Positions 51,710 through 60,488 of a DNA stretch of 64,000 nucleotides are shown here, piece after piece. Position 1 is the stretch's first letter, and every line of letters begins with the position of its first letter. The stretch is from assembly GCA_030536615.1 (NCBI GenBank), contig JAUNPQ010000003.1, positions 6,484-70,483 on the forward strand. Reading direction: 5' to 3'. Position numbers and translations under genes: made by a program. Below the pieces are notes generated by a model. That model worked only from the letters and a program-made list of their open reading frames with translations, had not been told where the DNA came from and made no database searches. The stretch comes from Bacteroidales bacterium. Lineage in GTDB: Bacteria > Bacteroidota > Bacteroidia > Bacteroidales > Muribaculaceae.

Positions 51710-54443
51710 CTGTAAAAAGTCTTTCCTGTCCGTTAATCTCATCGCGCACCTCCTCATCACTGCGCTCCGGTAGCACCGGCTCGACCTCACGGGGCGCTTC
51801 CTCGGAAACCTCGGGAGCCTCGTCAGTCTCCGGGAGTGGATCAGGCTCGGTTTCAATGACCTCTCCAAGTGCATATGTGGTGAGACGTTTTCCTTTGGCG
51901 GTAAATCTCTTGACACCTATAAATTCAGCCGTGTGGACATCCATAGGATCCCTGAAATCATCAGGAGCGGCAAATGTCACATGAAGGACTGCCTGAGGTG
52001 TGTCAGTAAGAAGGATTATCCGCGACTTCACATTCTCACCTATGAAACGCTGTTTGCGCGCAGAGGCCTCAAAAGCAAAGCGTTTCAGGTAGGGATAGCC
52101 GTTGTCGGCATCAAAAAGCACACATGCGAACACATGGCCGGGTCGGAATTTCTCAATGCGGAGTATGTTGTCCTCATAATGGTTTGTTGCCTCGAACGTT
52201 GAGGTATAGTATTCTCCGTTGTCAAGGACAACAAGCACTTTGTCATCGCTGTTGAACTCGCCGAGGTAGCGTCCGCGTCCGTCATAGTTTATGCGCAGCA
52301 CATCCGGGTCAAACCACACCTCGCGGCCACCGAGAGTGGACATGCCTTTCTCTTTGAGAGAGAAGCGGTGCACCTCATTCTTGGTGACAAGATTGCCCAC
52401 AGATGCACGCCCTTTTATGGCAAGCTTGCTGAAATCAACATCAAACTGCAATGTTTTCAGCCTTTGCTTGGGGCGCAGTGTGACACGCACCACCTCAGCC
52501 TCGCCGTTTGAGTTTGCCGTGAACCATACAATCCGGCTTCCGGGCACAGGATGGTCAGGGGAATCCTGCGTCAGGTTATATTCACGGTCACGGACAACCT
52601 TGTTTATGCGGCAGCGCTTCATCAGATATGGGCCGCCGCGCCCGTTCTGGTATATGACATTATAGACAGTGCGTTCGTCATCCTTGCGGAACACGGCTAT
52701 ATGCAGCACATTCTTACCCACAGACAGTTTGTCTTTGACACGCACCACCTTATAGCGGCCGTCCTTATAGAACACAATGATATCGTCCATCGACGAACAT
52801 GAGCTGATAACCTGCGTGTTGTCATCTTTTTTGAGCGCCGTACCAATGAAGCCCTCCTCGGCGTTGAAATAGAGTTTCTCATTTGCCTCGGCCACATTTG
52901 CTGCCTGAATCGAATCAAAGCTGCGCACAACGGTGTGACGCGGATAGGCATGACCGTACTTCTTCTTCAGACCCTCATACCAGTCAATGGTGTATTCGGT
53001 GAGGTTGGCAAGTTTGTGCTCAATGTCGGCAATGCGGCTATTGTAGTCAGCGATAAGGCGGTCAGCATCCTCGGCGTTGAACTTCAAAATGCGTTTCATG
53101 CGTATTTCGAAAAGCCTCAGTATGTCATCGCGCACCAGCTCACGCACCAGATTTTTCTTTATAGGCTCAAGACGGCTGTCAACATGCATCACGGCCTCTT
53201 CAAGGTCACGGGCCTGCTCATACTCTTTGTCCTTGTATATCCGCTCCTCTATGAAGAATTTCTCAAGCGAGGCAAACAACAGCAGCTCGCGCACTTCATC
53301 GCGCTCTATGAGCAGTTCCTCGCGGAGTATGTTGCGCGTAGTGTCAACGCTGTAGCGCAAAACATCGCTGACCCCGAGGAACACCGGTTTCCTGTCACGT
53401 ATCACGCAGCAGTTAGGCGACACGCTTATCTCGCAGTCAGAGAAAGCATAGAGCGCATCAATACTTTTGTCAGACGATGTTCCGGGAAGCAGGTGCACGA
53501 GTATACGCGGGGTCTCGGCAGTAAGATCCTCAACCTTGCGTATTTTTATCTTGCCTTTCTCATACGCCTTCAGAATGGAATCTATGAGTGTTCCGGTAGT
53601 CTTTCCATAGGGAATCTCCGTGATTGCCAGCGTGCGGTTGTCAACTTTCTCAATTTTGGCACGTATCTTCAGCGCACCGCCGCGTTCACCGTCATTATAC
53701 CGGCTCACGTCTATGAATCCGCCCGTGGGAAAATCCGGGTAAAGCACGAAGTCCTCACCGCGCAGATATGCCACTGCAGCATCAAGTATCTCATTGAAAT
53801 TATGCGGCAATATCTTTGAGGACAGACCCACGGCTATACCCTCGGCTCCCTGGGCCAGCAACAACGGGAATTTTGCCGGCAATGTCACCGGTTCTTTCTT
53901 GCGTCCGTCATAGCTGAGGGTCCACTCCGTCACCTTGGGGTTGTAGAGGACATCGAGCGCGAAAAGCGACAGGCGCGCCTCAATGTAACGTCCCGCGGCT
54001 GCCGATGCGCCGGTAAGGATATTGCCCCAGTTTCCCTGTGTCTCCACAAGCAGTTCTTTCTGTCCCAGCTGCACAAGGGCATCGTTTATCGAGGCATCGC
54101 CATGAGGATGGTACTGCATGGTGTTGCCCACAATGTTGGCAACCTTGTTGAACCGACCGTCATCAAGAGTCTTCATTGAGTGCAGTATGCGCCGCTGCAC
54201 AGGCTTGAGGCCGTCATCTATATGCGGCACGGCACGCTCCAGAATGACATACGAGGCATATTCCAGAAACCAGTTCTGATACATGCCCTGCAGGCGGTAG
54301 CGTGACACAGCACCATCTGTGGAGTACGGACGCGCTGCCGTCTCTACGGTGTCCGCATCACTTGCCGCGGTGCCGGAATCGTTGTCATCGTATATGCCCT
54401 CCGGGGTCATCTCATCGTCTATGTGATTGAATTGGTCGTCCAT
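51696..54443 (-). CDS. parC: DNA topoisomerase IV subunit A
   Basis: DGLKPVQRRIL, YHPHGD, AAGRYIEARL (catalytic Tyr); promoter element at 54469-54476. Confidence 0.9.
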   Translation of the reverse strand: MDDQFNHIDDEMTPEGIYDDNDSGTAASDADTVETAARPYSTDGAVSRYRLQGMYQNWFLEYASYVILERAVPHIDDGLKPVQRRILHSMKTLDDGRFNKVANIVGNTMQYHPHGDASINDALVQLGQKELLVETQGNWGNILTGASAAAGRYIEARLSLFALDVLYNPKVTEWTLSYDGRKKEPVTLPAKFPLLLAQGAEGIAVGLSSKILPHNFNEILDAAVAYLRGEDFVLYPDFPTGGFIDVSRYNDGERGGALKIRAKIEKVDNRTLAITEIPYGKTTGTLIDSILKAYEKGKIKIRKVEDLTAETPRILVHLLPGTSSDKSIDALYAFSDCEISVSPNCCVIRDRKPVFLGVSDVLRYSVDTTRNILREELLIERDEVRELLLFASLEKFFIEERIYKDKEYEQARDLEEAVMHVDSRLEPIKKNLVRELVRDDILRLFEIRMKRILKFNAEDADRLIADYNSRIADIEHKLANLTEYTIDWYEGLKKKYGHAYPRHTVVRSFDSIQAANVAEANEKLYFNAEEGFIGTALKKDDNTQVISSCSSMDDIIVFYKDGRYKVVRVKDKLSVGKNVLHIAVFRKDDERTVYNVIYQNGRGGPYLMKRCRINKVVRDREYNLTQDSPDHPVPGSRIVWFTANSNGEAEVVRVTLRPKQRLKTLQFDVDFSKLAIKGRASVGNLVTKNEVHRFSLKEKGMSTLGGREVWFDPDVLRINYDGRGRYLGEFNSDDKVLVVLDNGEYYTSTFEATNHYEDNILRIEKFRPGHVFACVLFDADNGYPYLKRFAFEASARKQRFIGENVKSRIILLTDTPQAVLHVTFAAPDDFRDPMDVHTAEFIGVKRFTAKGKRLTTYALGEVIETEPDPLPETDEAPEVSEEAPREVEPVLPERSDEEVRDEINGQERLFTDEDI

Positions 54444-54678
54444 AACATCATGCCTTGAAAACAGTTTACAAATTTAGCAAATTTTCCGGGCTATGACAAA
54501 AGTTTCTCACTCAATCACCCATTCACTCATTTTGACCTGATACTGACACCGCCCTCTCACATCCCGTCACCCAAGTCCACGGCCACCGGCATACCAAACA
54601 AACGTGCCACATCCCCTCATGATTCAGCAAAGGGTGTGACACGCCGTAATCAGTCTCAAATAATTGAACGCGTCTCTC

Positions 54679-55776
54679 TCAGTGCAGGCGCTTGCTTGTG
54701 CGCACAGTGCCGTCGCTCATAACACTGCGTTCAATCACTATCTGTCCGAAGTGTGGCTCGGCTACAGCACATCCGTAAAGGTCATACAGTTCAGTCGAGA
54801 CCACTGTTGCCTTGTCGGCGGCAATGTCATCGACGCCGGCAATGGCCCTGACATTGACAAATTTGCTCCATCCGGTGGCCGTGCGGTAGTCCTCGATGGC
54901 CTCCTGGGGCACAACAAGTGTGGTCGTGGCATATTGCGCGTCACTGAAAGTATCTTCAAGGATGGTGGGGGGCAAGACGCTCTCGCTCACAAATTCCACC
55001 AGACGATTGCCGCCACTATAACTTCCCGCTCCATGAAACTCTCTGCCTGATGTCAAGCCTTTCCGCTCACCGTTCTTTTTGGCTTTCAGAACAATACGTG
55101 TCAGGCCCGACAGGCCGTCAAAAGCCCTAAAACCCAGCATTACTTCTTCCGGAATGATTATCTCCTTGACCTTGTTGCTATAAAAAGACGCTGTGGAGAT
55201 CGCCATACCACAATCCTCGCTGAACGCGATTTCCTCAATGTCACATCTTATATACGCCTGAGGCATTAAGAGCCCACCCCGTTTAGGAAAATACAGTCTC
55301 TTGATCGGACATGTGTCAAAAGCCCTGGAGGAAATTTCCAGATAACCATTCCTTGCAAAATTAATTTCTTCAAGCGAAAGACATCTGAAAAATGCATGCC
55401 CGTCAATTGTTCTGAGACTTTCCGGGAAACTGATTTCCTCAATATTACTAAAACTGAATGCCTCTGAATTTATTCGTTCCAGAGTATTAGGCAGTGTTAT
55501 GGTCTTGATGCCGGTCTCATAAAACGCTTTCTGGCCAATCTGAGTGACTTTATACGATTTCCCGTCAATAGTCACTTCCTCAAGTACCTCTATATCATAA
55601 ATTTTCTGTTCACCTGCCGGAGATAATCCTGTGCAGACAGCCGCCGTATTGTCCTTCTCATTGATAGTATATCTGCAATCACCCACCGTAACTTCGCCGA
55701 CAGACCGCATCTGGGCTGAAACAGCCATCGTCATGGCCATCAAAGACATCATTGTAAATATCTTTTTCATAATCAT
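54679..55776 (-). CDS. BspA-type leucine-rich repeat surface protein with a T9SS-like tail
   Basis: Signal peptide; IGQKAF, LPNTLERINSEAF, FPESLRTIDGHAF repeats; tail YDLYG...SDGTVRTSK. Confidence 0.8.
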   Translation of the reverse strand: MIMKKIFTMMSLMAMTMAVSAQMRSVGEVTVGDCRYTINEKDNTAAVCTGLSPAGEQKIYDIEVLEEVTIDGKSYKVTQIGQKAFYETGIKTITLPNTLERINSEAFSFSNIEEISFPESLRTIDGHAFFRCLSLEEINFARNGYLEISSRAFDTCPIKRLYFPKRGGLLMPQAYIRCDIEEIAFSEDCGMAISTASFYSNKVKEIIIPEEVMLGFRAFDGLSGLTRIVLKAKKNGERKGLTSGREFHGAGSYSGGNRLVEFVSESVLPPTILEDTFSDAQYATTTLVVPQEAIEDYRTATGWSKFVNVRAIAGVDDIAADKATVVSTELYDLYGCAVAEPHFGQIVIERSVMSDGTVRTSKRLH

Positions 55777-55982
55777 TTCACTAAAACATTTATACTGTCA
55801 CAAACTTTTTTATCCACAATCAGAATTATCGAATAAATGCCATTCGGCTTCCCATTAAAATCAAGGGAGTAGGAGTTTGAGGCCTCAGAGGTGGCATTGT
55901 TGAAGGTGTGGATGCCGGTTGCTCCAAAGCTGTCAAGGCCGCTCAGAAGCAGGATGCTGAATAGGATTTTTAGCGGTTTCAT
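55773..55982 (-). pseudogene. 69-aa relic: signal-peptide-like start joined to a T9SS C-terminal-domain-like end
   Basis: MKPLKILFSILLLSG start; LDFNGKPNGIYSIILIVDKKVCDSINVLVK end; no mature domain between them. Confidence 0.45.
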
Positions 55983-56173
55983 GGTTAGTGGGTTTTATTG
56001 AAAATGTGGGTCTATTATCAAGGATTTGAGGTGATGGCGTCGCTATTCCGCAAAGATAAGTGATTTAGATTCAATCTGCAACAAAAAGTGAAAATATTTT
56101 AATACTGTAAAAAAACACAATCTGATTCATATAAGGAGGTGGTAAAAAATTATTATCAAACATACTCTAAAAC

Positions 56174-56307
56174 GAAACTGCATCGCAAATCTGATTATTG
56201 CGATGCAGCCCCTTATATTGTCTGTGCCGCCCGGCTGGCAGCGGTTTGGCTTACTGTGCCTGCTCTATTGTCACGGCACGGTCAAGAGCAACATATTTCT
56301 CGCCGAG
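56174..56307. repeat. Left direct repeat (134 bp): displaced copy of the ompA 3' end and terminator
   Basis: Matches 59194-59327 with one mismatch (56228 C vs 59248 T); minus strand 56310-56251 encodes DLGEKYVALDRAVTIEQAQ-stop. Confidence 0.95.
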
Positions 56308-56355
56308 ATCTCGATGTTTTCCCGTAATCGTCCCCTCTATCTCGCCGATTTTGTG

Positions 56356-56363
56356 TATCTTTG
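56356..56363 (+). promoter_or_regulatory. TAnnTTTG promoter element for the Abi operon
   Basis: TATCTTTG about 120 nt upstream of the Abi GTG; no clear -33 TTTG. Confidence 0.6.
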
Positions 56364-56370
56364 CAGATAT

Positions 56371-56419
56371 AAAAAACTAAACCCGATAGCTTGACGAGTC
56401 AGGGGCTACCGGGAATCAA
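56371..56419 (-). ncRNA. Candidate ~48-nt small RNA (putative antitoxin of the Abi HEPN protein)
   Basis: Follows a full-consensus minus-strand promoter; hairpin CCCGGUAGC-CCC-UGA-CUCG-UCA-A-GCUAUCGGG then UUUAGUUUUUU; a G-U pair forms only on the minus strand. Confidence 0.55.
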
Positions 56420-56424
56420 CACTA

Positions 56425-56456
56425 CAAAGGTAGTGCTTTTTGTTGATTAAAACAAA
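56425..56456 (-). promoter_or_regulatory. Full-consensus Bacteroidetes promoter TTTG-N20-TACCTTTG on the minus strand
   Basis: CAAAGGTA at 56425-56432 and CAAA at 56453-56456, 20-nt spacer. Confidence 0.65.
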
Positions 56457-56484
56457 TCCCGGCTCAAAAAGATTACGAAGAAAG

Positions 56485-57174
56485 GTGAAATTCACTGAAT
56501 TTCAAGCGATATTATCCACCGAGAGGCTGCAACGATACCTCACTGCCTGTGGCGGCAACACCAAAAAGACGATGACACTATATCGCCTTAACCTCAATCT
56601 GTCGCAAGAGGTTTTTACTCTGTTGAGTTGCTTTGAGGTAGCTGTCAGGAACGCCATGGACAATATTCTCGTTCAGCGGCTTGGTAATGATTGGCTGCGC
56701 GATGCAATAGAGCCAGGCGGCATATTCGATATTCCGGGTTGCCGCGACAGCGCGAACATTATCCGCAAGGCTTACCGCAGATTGCAACGCGACAACAGTT
56801 ACACCCACACCAAACTCCTTGCTGAAATGGAGTTTGGTGTTTGGAAATATATGTTTGCCAATCCGCAGTATCGCGCCGTTGGGCGCAGTCTGCTCGCTAT
56901 TTTCCCGAACAAACCCCGTTCCACCGCACAATGCCAGTATAACAACACTTTCATGTTCAACGAGCTTGACGGCATCAACATACTGCGCAACCGCATCGCC
57001 CACCATGAGCCGATATGTTTTGCCCTCCGGCAACCTGTAATCGGCACATCATATATCCTCAACGCATATCAAAAACTGCATACTCTCTTTATGTGGATGG
57101 GAGTTGACAGCCATTCGCTGCTCTACGGTCTCGACCACGTTCAGCAAGTCTGCAACAAAATCAACCGGCTATGA
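56485..57174 (+). CDS. Abi family (Abi_2/AbiF-like) HEPN-domain protein, putative RNase toxin or phage-defence effector
   Basis: LSTERLQRY, FEVAVRN, FGVWKYMF and HEPN R-x4-H motif LRNRIAHHEPI; GTG 56485 preferred (TTG 56440 possible). Confidence 0.8.
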   Translation: MKFTEFQAILSTERLQRYLTACGGNTKKTMTLYRLNLNLSQEVFTLLSCFEVAVRNAMDNILVQRLGNDWLRDAIEPGGIFDIPGCRDSANIIRKAYRRLQRDNSYTHTKLLAEMEFGVWKYMFANPQYRAVGRSLLAIFPNKPRSTAQCQYNNTFMFNELDGINILRNRIAHHEPICFALRQPVIGTSYILNAYQKLHTLFMWMGVDSHSLLYGLDHVQQVCNKINRL

Positions 57175-58745
57175 ATCGCTTTATTTTAATACTTATATTC
57201 TTAATAGGTCTTTCCACTCCGGTTGTTGCTGAATTGCCTAATGGTTTTCGGATTGAATCTATTGGCAAGCCTGTCAAAGAATTTCAACTTGATTCCATAA
57301 AGTTGACCTCGCCTCTTAACTATTATCTCTCACGAGCATGGGTAAGGGTCAGCGGCAAGAACAGACATTGGGCTGATATATCGACCTCAAAATTTTTCAA
57401 TGACCCCAATGCGCCTGATGAAACAGTCGATGATGATTTGCGCAATTATGTACTTAATGAGACTATCGACGCCATTGTGTGCTATCGTGATTCTGTGGCT
57501 GCACTTGTTACTCACACCGATGGAGAGGACTTGTATATGCTCAACTATTGTTGGATTGAGGATGACCGATGGGTTAACGGAGGCCAAGGAATGGCAGACA
57601 ACCTGAGTGAAGCGGAAGAAAAATTATTGACAGATTTGCCATTCCATTATAAAAATCTGCCGAGAATAGCACAAATAAATAATTTACCGACCGACATATA
57701 TCCTTTTGTTGATTTTCTTTCTCATGTCGATACAAACCCCGAACAGTTTATGCTCGAAATGCTTCGCTTGCATAAATTAGTCATAAACGGAGAATATCAC
57801 AGGCGAAAGATTTCATGGGATATGCTTAAACGCCTCATTGCATTACCCGATTTTGCCGAGACCACCGGCACAATCTTTATGGAATTGCCTTCATGGTGTC
57901 AGCCTAAAATGGATGAATTTATGAATTCGGACACCATTAACCACAACTTGATACTACAAATTTTTCGCGAGGAACAGCCTCTCGGGTGGTGGGATAGCGG
58001 AGAATTTGAGTTTATTCGCGATTTATGGCATCTTAACCAAACGCTGCCTCAAGACAAACGTATTAAAATCATCTTGGCAGACTACCAAATACCGTATTCA
58101 CTCGCTACCAATAGGAAGGATTTTCAGGAAGCGGAAGACCGCAATACCCACATGGCTACCATCATTGCGAATACTATCAACTCCAATGTTGACAAGCGGA
58201 GCAACCTATTCCTTGTCGGCTGCGCACACGCCTATAAATCCCATCAGGCAGGCTTTGCGTCTTCTGCGGCAGGACGTGATGCGGCCTTGACAGTCGGAGC
58301 ACAACTAACCGCGGACCTCGGAGAAAACAACGTGTTTACAATATTTCAGCATGTTTTGCCGGGAGATAACAGTGGCAATAATAAATCGCCAATTCGCGGA
58401 GGCGTTTTTGACAAGGCATTTGAAGCAATTGGAAACCGCCCGTTAGGTTTTTGTCTTGCGGATTCACCTTTCGGCAGTGAGCCGTTTGATGGCATCTATG
58501 AGATAAAATATAATATTGCCACTGGCAGCTATTCAGACAATTTTGACGGTTATCTTTTCCTTTGTCCTATTGCTGACGAACCGAAAGCGAGACCATTGAC
58601 AGAAATATTTGACGATGAATTTGTAGCAGAAATCAAACGCCGTGCGTCAGCAATGGGAACCGAAAATGTAAGGCAGATTTGGTTTGGGAAAGCCGCTCTT
58701 GAGTTAACGAAAGAATACATTATCCAAATCTTAACAACAGAGTAA
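57171..58745 (+). CDS. Exported hypothetical protein, 524 aa; C-terminal half possibly ChaN/EreA/TraB-like fold
   Basis: Signal peptide; VINGEYH, IFMELP, RNTHMA, LVGCAHA motifs; ATGA overlap with the Abi stop. Confidence 0.6.
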   Translation: MNRFILILIFLIGLSTPVVAELPNGFRIESIGKPVKEFQLDSIKLTSPLNYYLSRAWVRVSGKNRHWADISTSKFFNDPNAPDETVDDDLRNYVLNETIDAIVCYRDSVAALVTHTDGEDLYMLNYCWIEDDRWVNGGQGMADNLSEAEEKLLTDLPFHYKNLPRIAQINNLPTDIYPFVDFLSHVDTNPEQFMLEMLRLHKLVINGEYHRRKISWDMLKRLIALPDFAETTGTIFMELPSWCQPKMDEFMNSDTINHNLILQIFREEQPLGWWDSGEFEFIRDLWHLNQTLPQDKRIKIILADYQIPYSLATNRKDFQEAEDRNTHMATIIANTINSNVDKRSNLFLVGCAHAYKSHQAGFASSAAGRDAALTVGAQLTADLGENNVFTIFQHVLPGDNSGNNKSPIRGGVFDKAFEAIGNRPLGFCLADSPFGSEPFDGIYEIKYNIATGSYSDNFDGYLFLCPIADEPKARPLTEIFDDEFVAEIKRRASAMGTENVRQIWFGKAALELTKEYIIQILTTE

Positions 58746-58808
58746 ATAAGCGTCTTTTCGGTCCACATACTCGCTCCATAATTTTGTGGCACCACAACCC
58801 ACACGATT

Positions 58809-59087
58809 ATGGAGCAGCTTATTTTTAGTTCTGTCGAAATTCTACCTAACGCCCGGACCTCGATAACCTTTACCGAGCCTAAGCCCGTTTTCAAGGAGGA
58901 TGGCGAGAACTTTCTACTTGACAACGACCTCGCAAGGTATTTCCTCGGCGTATGCCAGAAGTTGGCTCGGTCAATCCTCACCCTGCTTTGCGGTCAAGCA
59001 TTTTGCTTTCGCCGTGTCAATGATCCGTTTTATGTTATCCGGCAACAAAGGGTCAACGGATTTTTGTTTCACCCAAACAATTCTTAA
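58809..59087 (+). CDS. Hypothetical 92-aa ORF, possibly a remnant
   Basis: ATG-started ORF inside the island; no family confidently recognised. Confidence 0.25.
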   Translation: MEQLIFSSVEILPNARTSITFTEPKPVFKEDGENFLLDNDLARYFLGVCQKLARSILTLLCGQAFCFRRVNDPFYVIRQQRVNGFLFHPNNS

Positions 59088-59193
59088 AATACCAAAGGTC
59101 AATTTGCGTGACCATTGGTATATCAGGAAAATAGTAACGCGCACAAATGTCACAAGACAATATATTGTGCGCGAGCCAGATTTAGGGGAAAAT

Positions 59194-59327
59194 GAAACTG
59201 CATCGCAAATCTGATTATTGCGATGCAGCCCCTTATATTGTCTGTGCTGCCCGGCTGGCAGCGGTTTGGCTTACTGTGCCTGCTCTATTGTCACGGCACG
59301 GTCAAGAGCAACATATTTCTCGCCGAG
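59194..59327. repeat. Right direct repeat (134 bp): functional ompA 3' end and terminator
   Basis: Matches 56174-56307; contains the ompA stop (59271-59273) and the hairpin at 59198-59228. Confidence 0.95.
59198..59228 (-). terminator. ompA intrinsic terminator (duplicated at 56178-56208)
   Basis: CTGCATCGCAA / TTGCGATGCAG 11-bp stem, 9-nt loop, U-rich tail on the minus strand. Confidence 0.7.
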
Positions 59328-60488
59328 GTCACAGAGGTTGCCGGCGTTGATGGTTGCTGTGAGCTGTGACTCTGGAACACCGAGCTTGACAAGCTGTTTC
59401 TGCACGCCGTTCACGCGGTTGTGGCGCAGACGCGTGTTGATCTGGTCATTACCAGTGTAGTTGTCGGCCCATCCGGTGAGGATGTAGTGGTTGTTGGGGT
59501 TATCTTTCATCACTTCTGCGCATGCACCGAGAATGAGAACGTCTTTCTTGGTGAGTTTGAAGATGTTGATGGGATAGTAGATGGTTGCCAGAGGAGCGGG
59601 CTTCGGCTTCTCAACGGGACGGTTGAGGGCGTCCTGAAGCTGGTTCTCAAGGTCGGCGATACGGCCTTCGGCAGCCTCGAGGCGTGCACGCAGTGCATCG
59701 CAGTTCTCGGCGGGAGGACATACGGGAACAATGGGAGCGCTCCACTCGCGTTTTGCAAAGAGGTAAGTCACACCAAGATAAGCGGCAAGGTCATGCGAGG
59801 TGCGGTTCCATGCGTCACCTTCCTCATCCTTGTGGTTGTCTATGCCGCTATAACGTATGTCAAGTGACAACTGAACCTGTTTGCTGACGTTGTAGGTGTT
59901 GATAAGACCGGCACGGAATGTGAGGACGCGGTCTTTTGTGCGGTTCCAGCCAAGATCCTCGAAATTATCATTGCCAAGATCCTTGAACTGACGGCAGAAT
60001 GTCCAGTAACCGCCACCACCGGCATAGAAGATGGCGTTGTATTTGCGCCCGGGATGATATCCGCACCACCAGTTGGTAAGATTGATAAGAGCATCGCCGA
60101 CCGGACCGATCTGATTGAATTTCTGATTGTATTTGCCATTGATCTTGTCAGGACGGCAGTCTTCAGTGCGTACATCTGAGAAACCTTTGCAGACAAGGAA
60201 GTTGGCACCCAGACGAAGTCCGACAATGGGTGAGAACCATTTGCCGACATATATACCTGCGGCAGGACCGAAACGGTCCCATGTGCTGCGCTCAGAGTCA
60301 CCGTGACTGAAATAGATGTTGGCGCCACCTTCAGCAGTGATGAACCAGTTGTCTTTGAAGCGGTTGAAAAGGTAACCCTGCGATGGATCCTCCACATATG
60401 TGATCTCCTGGGGTTGAGCTTCCTGGCAGAAAGCGTTGACGCCTACGAAGAGAGCACACGCCATTGTCAAAAGTGTACTTTTTTTCAT
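59271..60488 (-). CDS. ompA: OmpA family major outer-membrane protein (beta-barrel plus peptidoglycan-binding domain)
   Basis: Signal peptide, NWFITAEGG, C-terminal OmpA domain GWADNYTG...N-RL...R. Confidence 0.88.
   Translation of the reverse strand: MKKSTLLTMACALFVGVNAFCQEAQPQEITYVEDPSQGYLFNRFKDNWFITAEGGANIYFSHGDSERSTWDRFGPAAGIYVGKWFSPIVGLRLGANFLVCKGFSDVRTEDCRPDKINGKYNQKFNQIGPVGDALINLTNWWCGYHPGRKYNAIFYAGGGGYWTFCRQFKDLGNDNFEDLGWNRTKDRVLTFRAGLINTYNVSKQVQLSLDIRYSGIDNHKDEEGDAWNRTSHDLAAYLGVTYLFAKREWSAPIVPVCPPAENCDALRARLEAAEGRIADLENQLQDALNRPVEKPKPAPLATIYYPINIFKLTKKDVLILGACAEVMKDNPNNHYILTGWADNYTGNDQINTRLRHNRVNGVQKQLVKLGVPESQLTATINAGNLCDLGEKYVALDRAVTIEQAQ

Larger units (their letters stand above)
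56174..59327. mobile_element. Small genomic island (3,020-bp repeat-to-repeat offset) inserted at the ompA 3' end; no integrase seen
   Basis: Flanking direct repeats, defence-type cargo, cargo that looks AT-richer by eye. Confidence 0.75.

Noticed and set aside
56178-56208. 11-9-11 palindrome as a dif/Xer or integrase core site
   Set aside because: Spacer length and sequence do not fit dif (11-6-11); position and U-tail are explained by the ompA terminator.
58550-59214. Possible integrase or ORF6N remnant at the right end of the island
   Set aside because: The track ORFs here and my partial translations show no convincing tyrosine-recombinase R-H-R-H-Y motifs; the LLDNDLA similarity to ORF6N is too weak to call without an HMM search.
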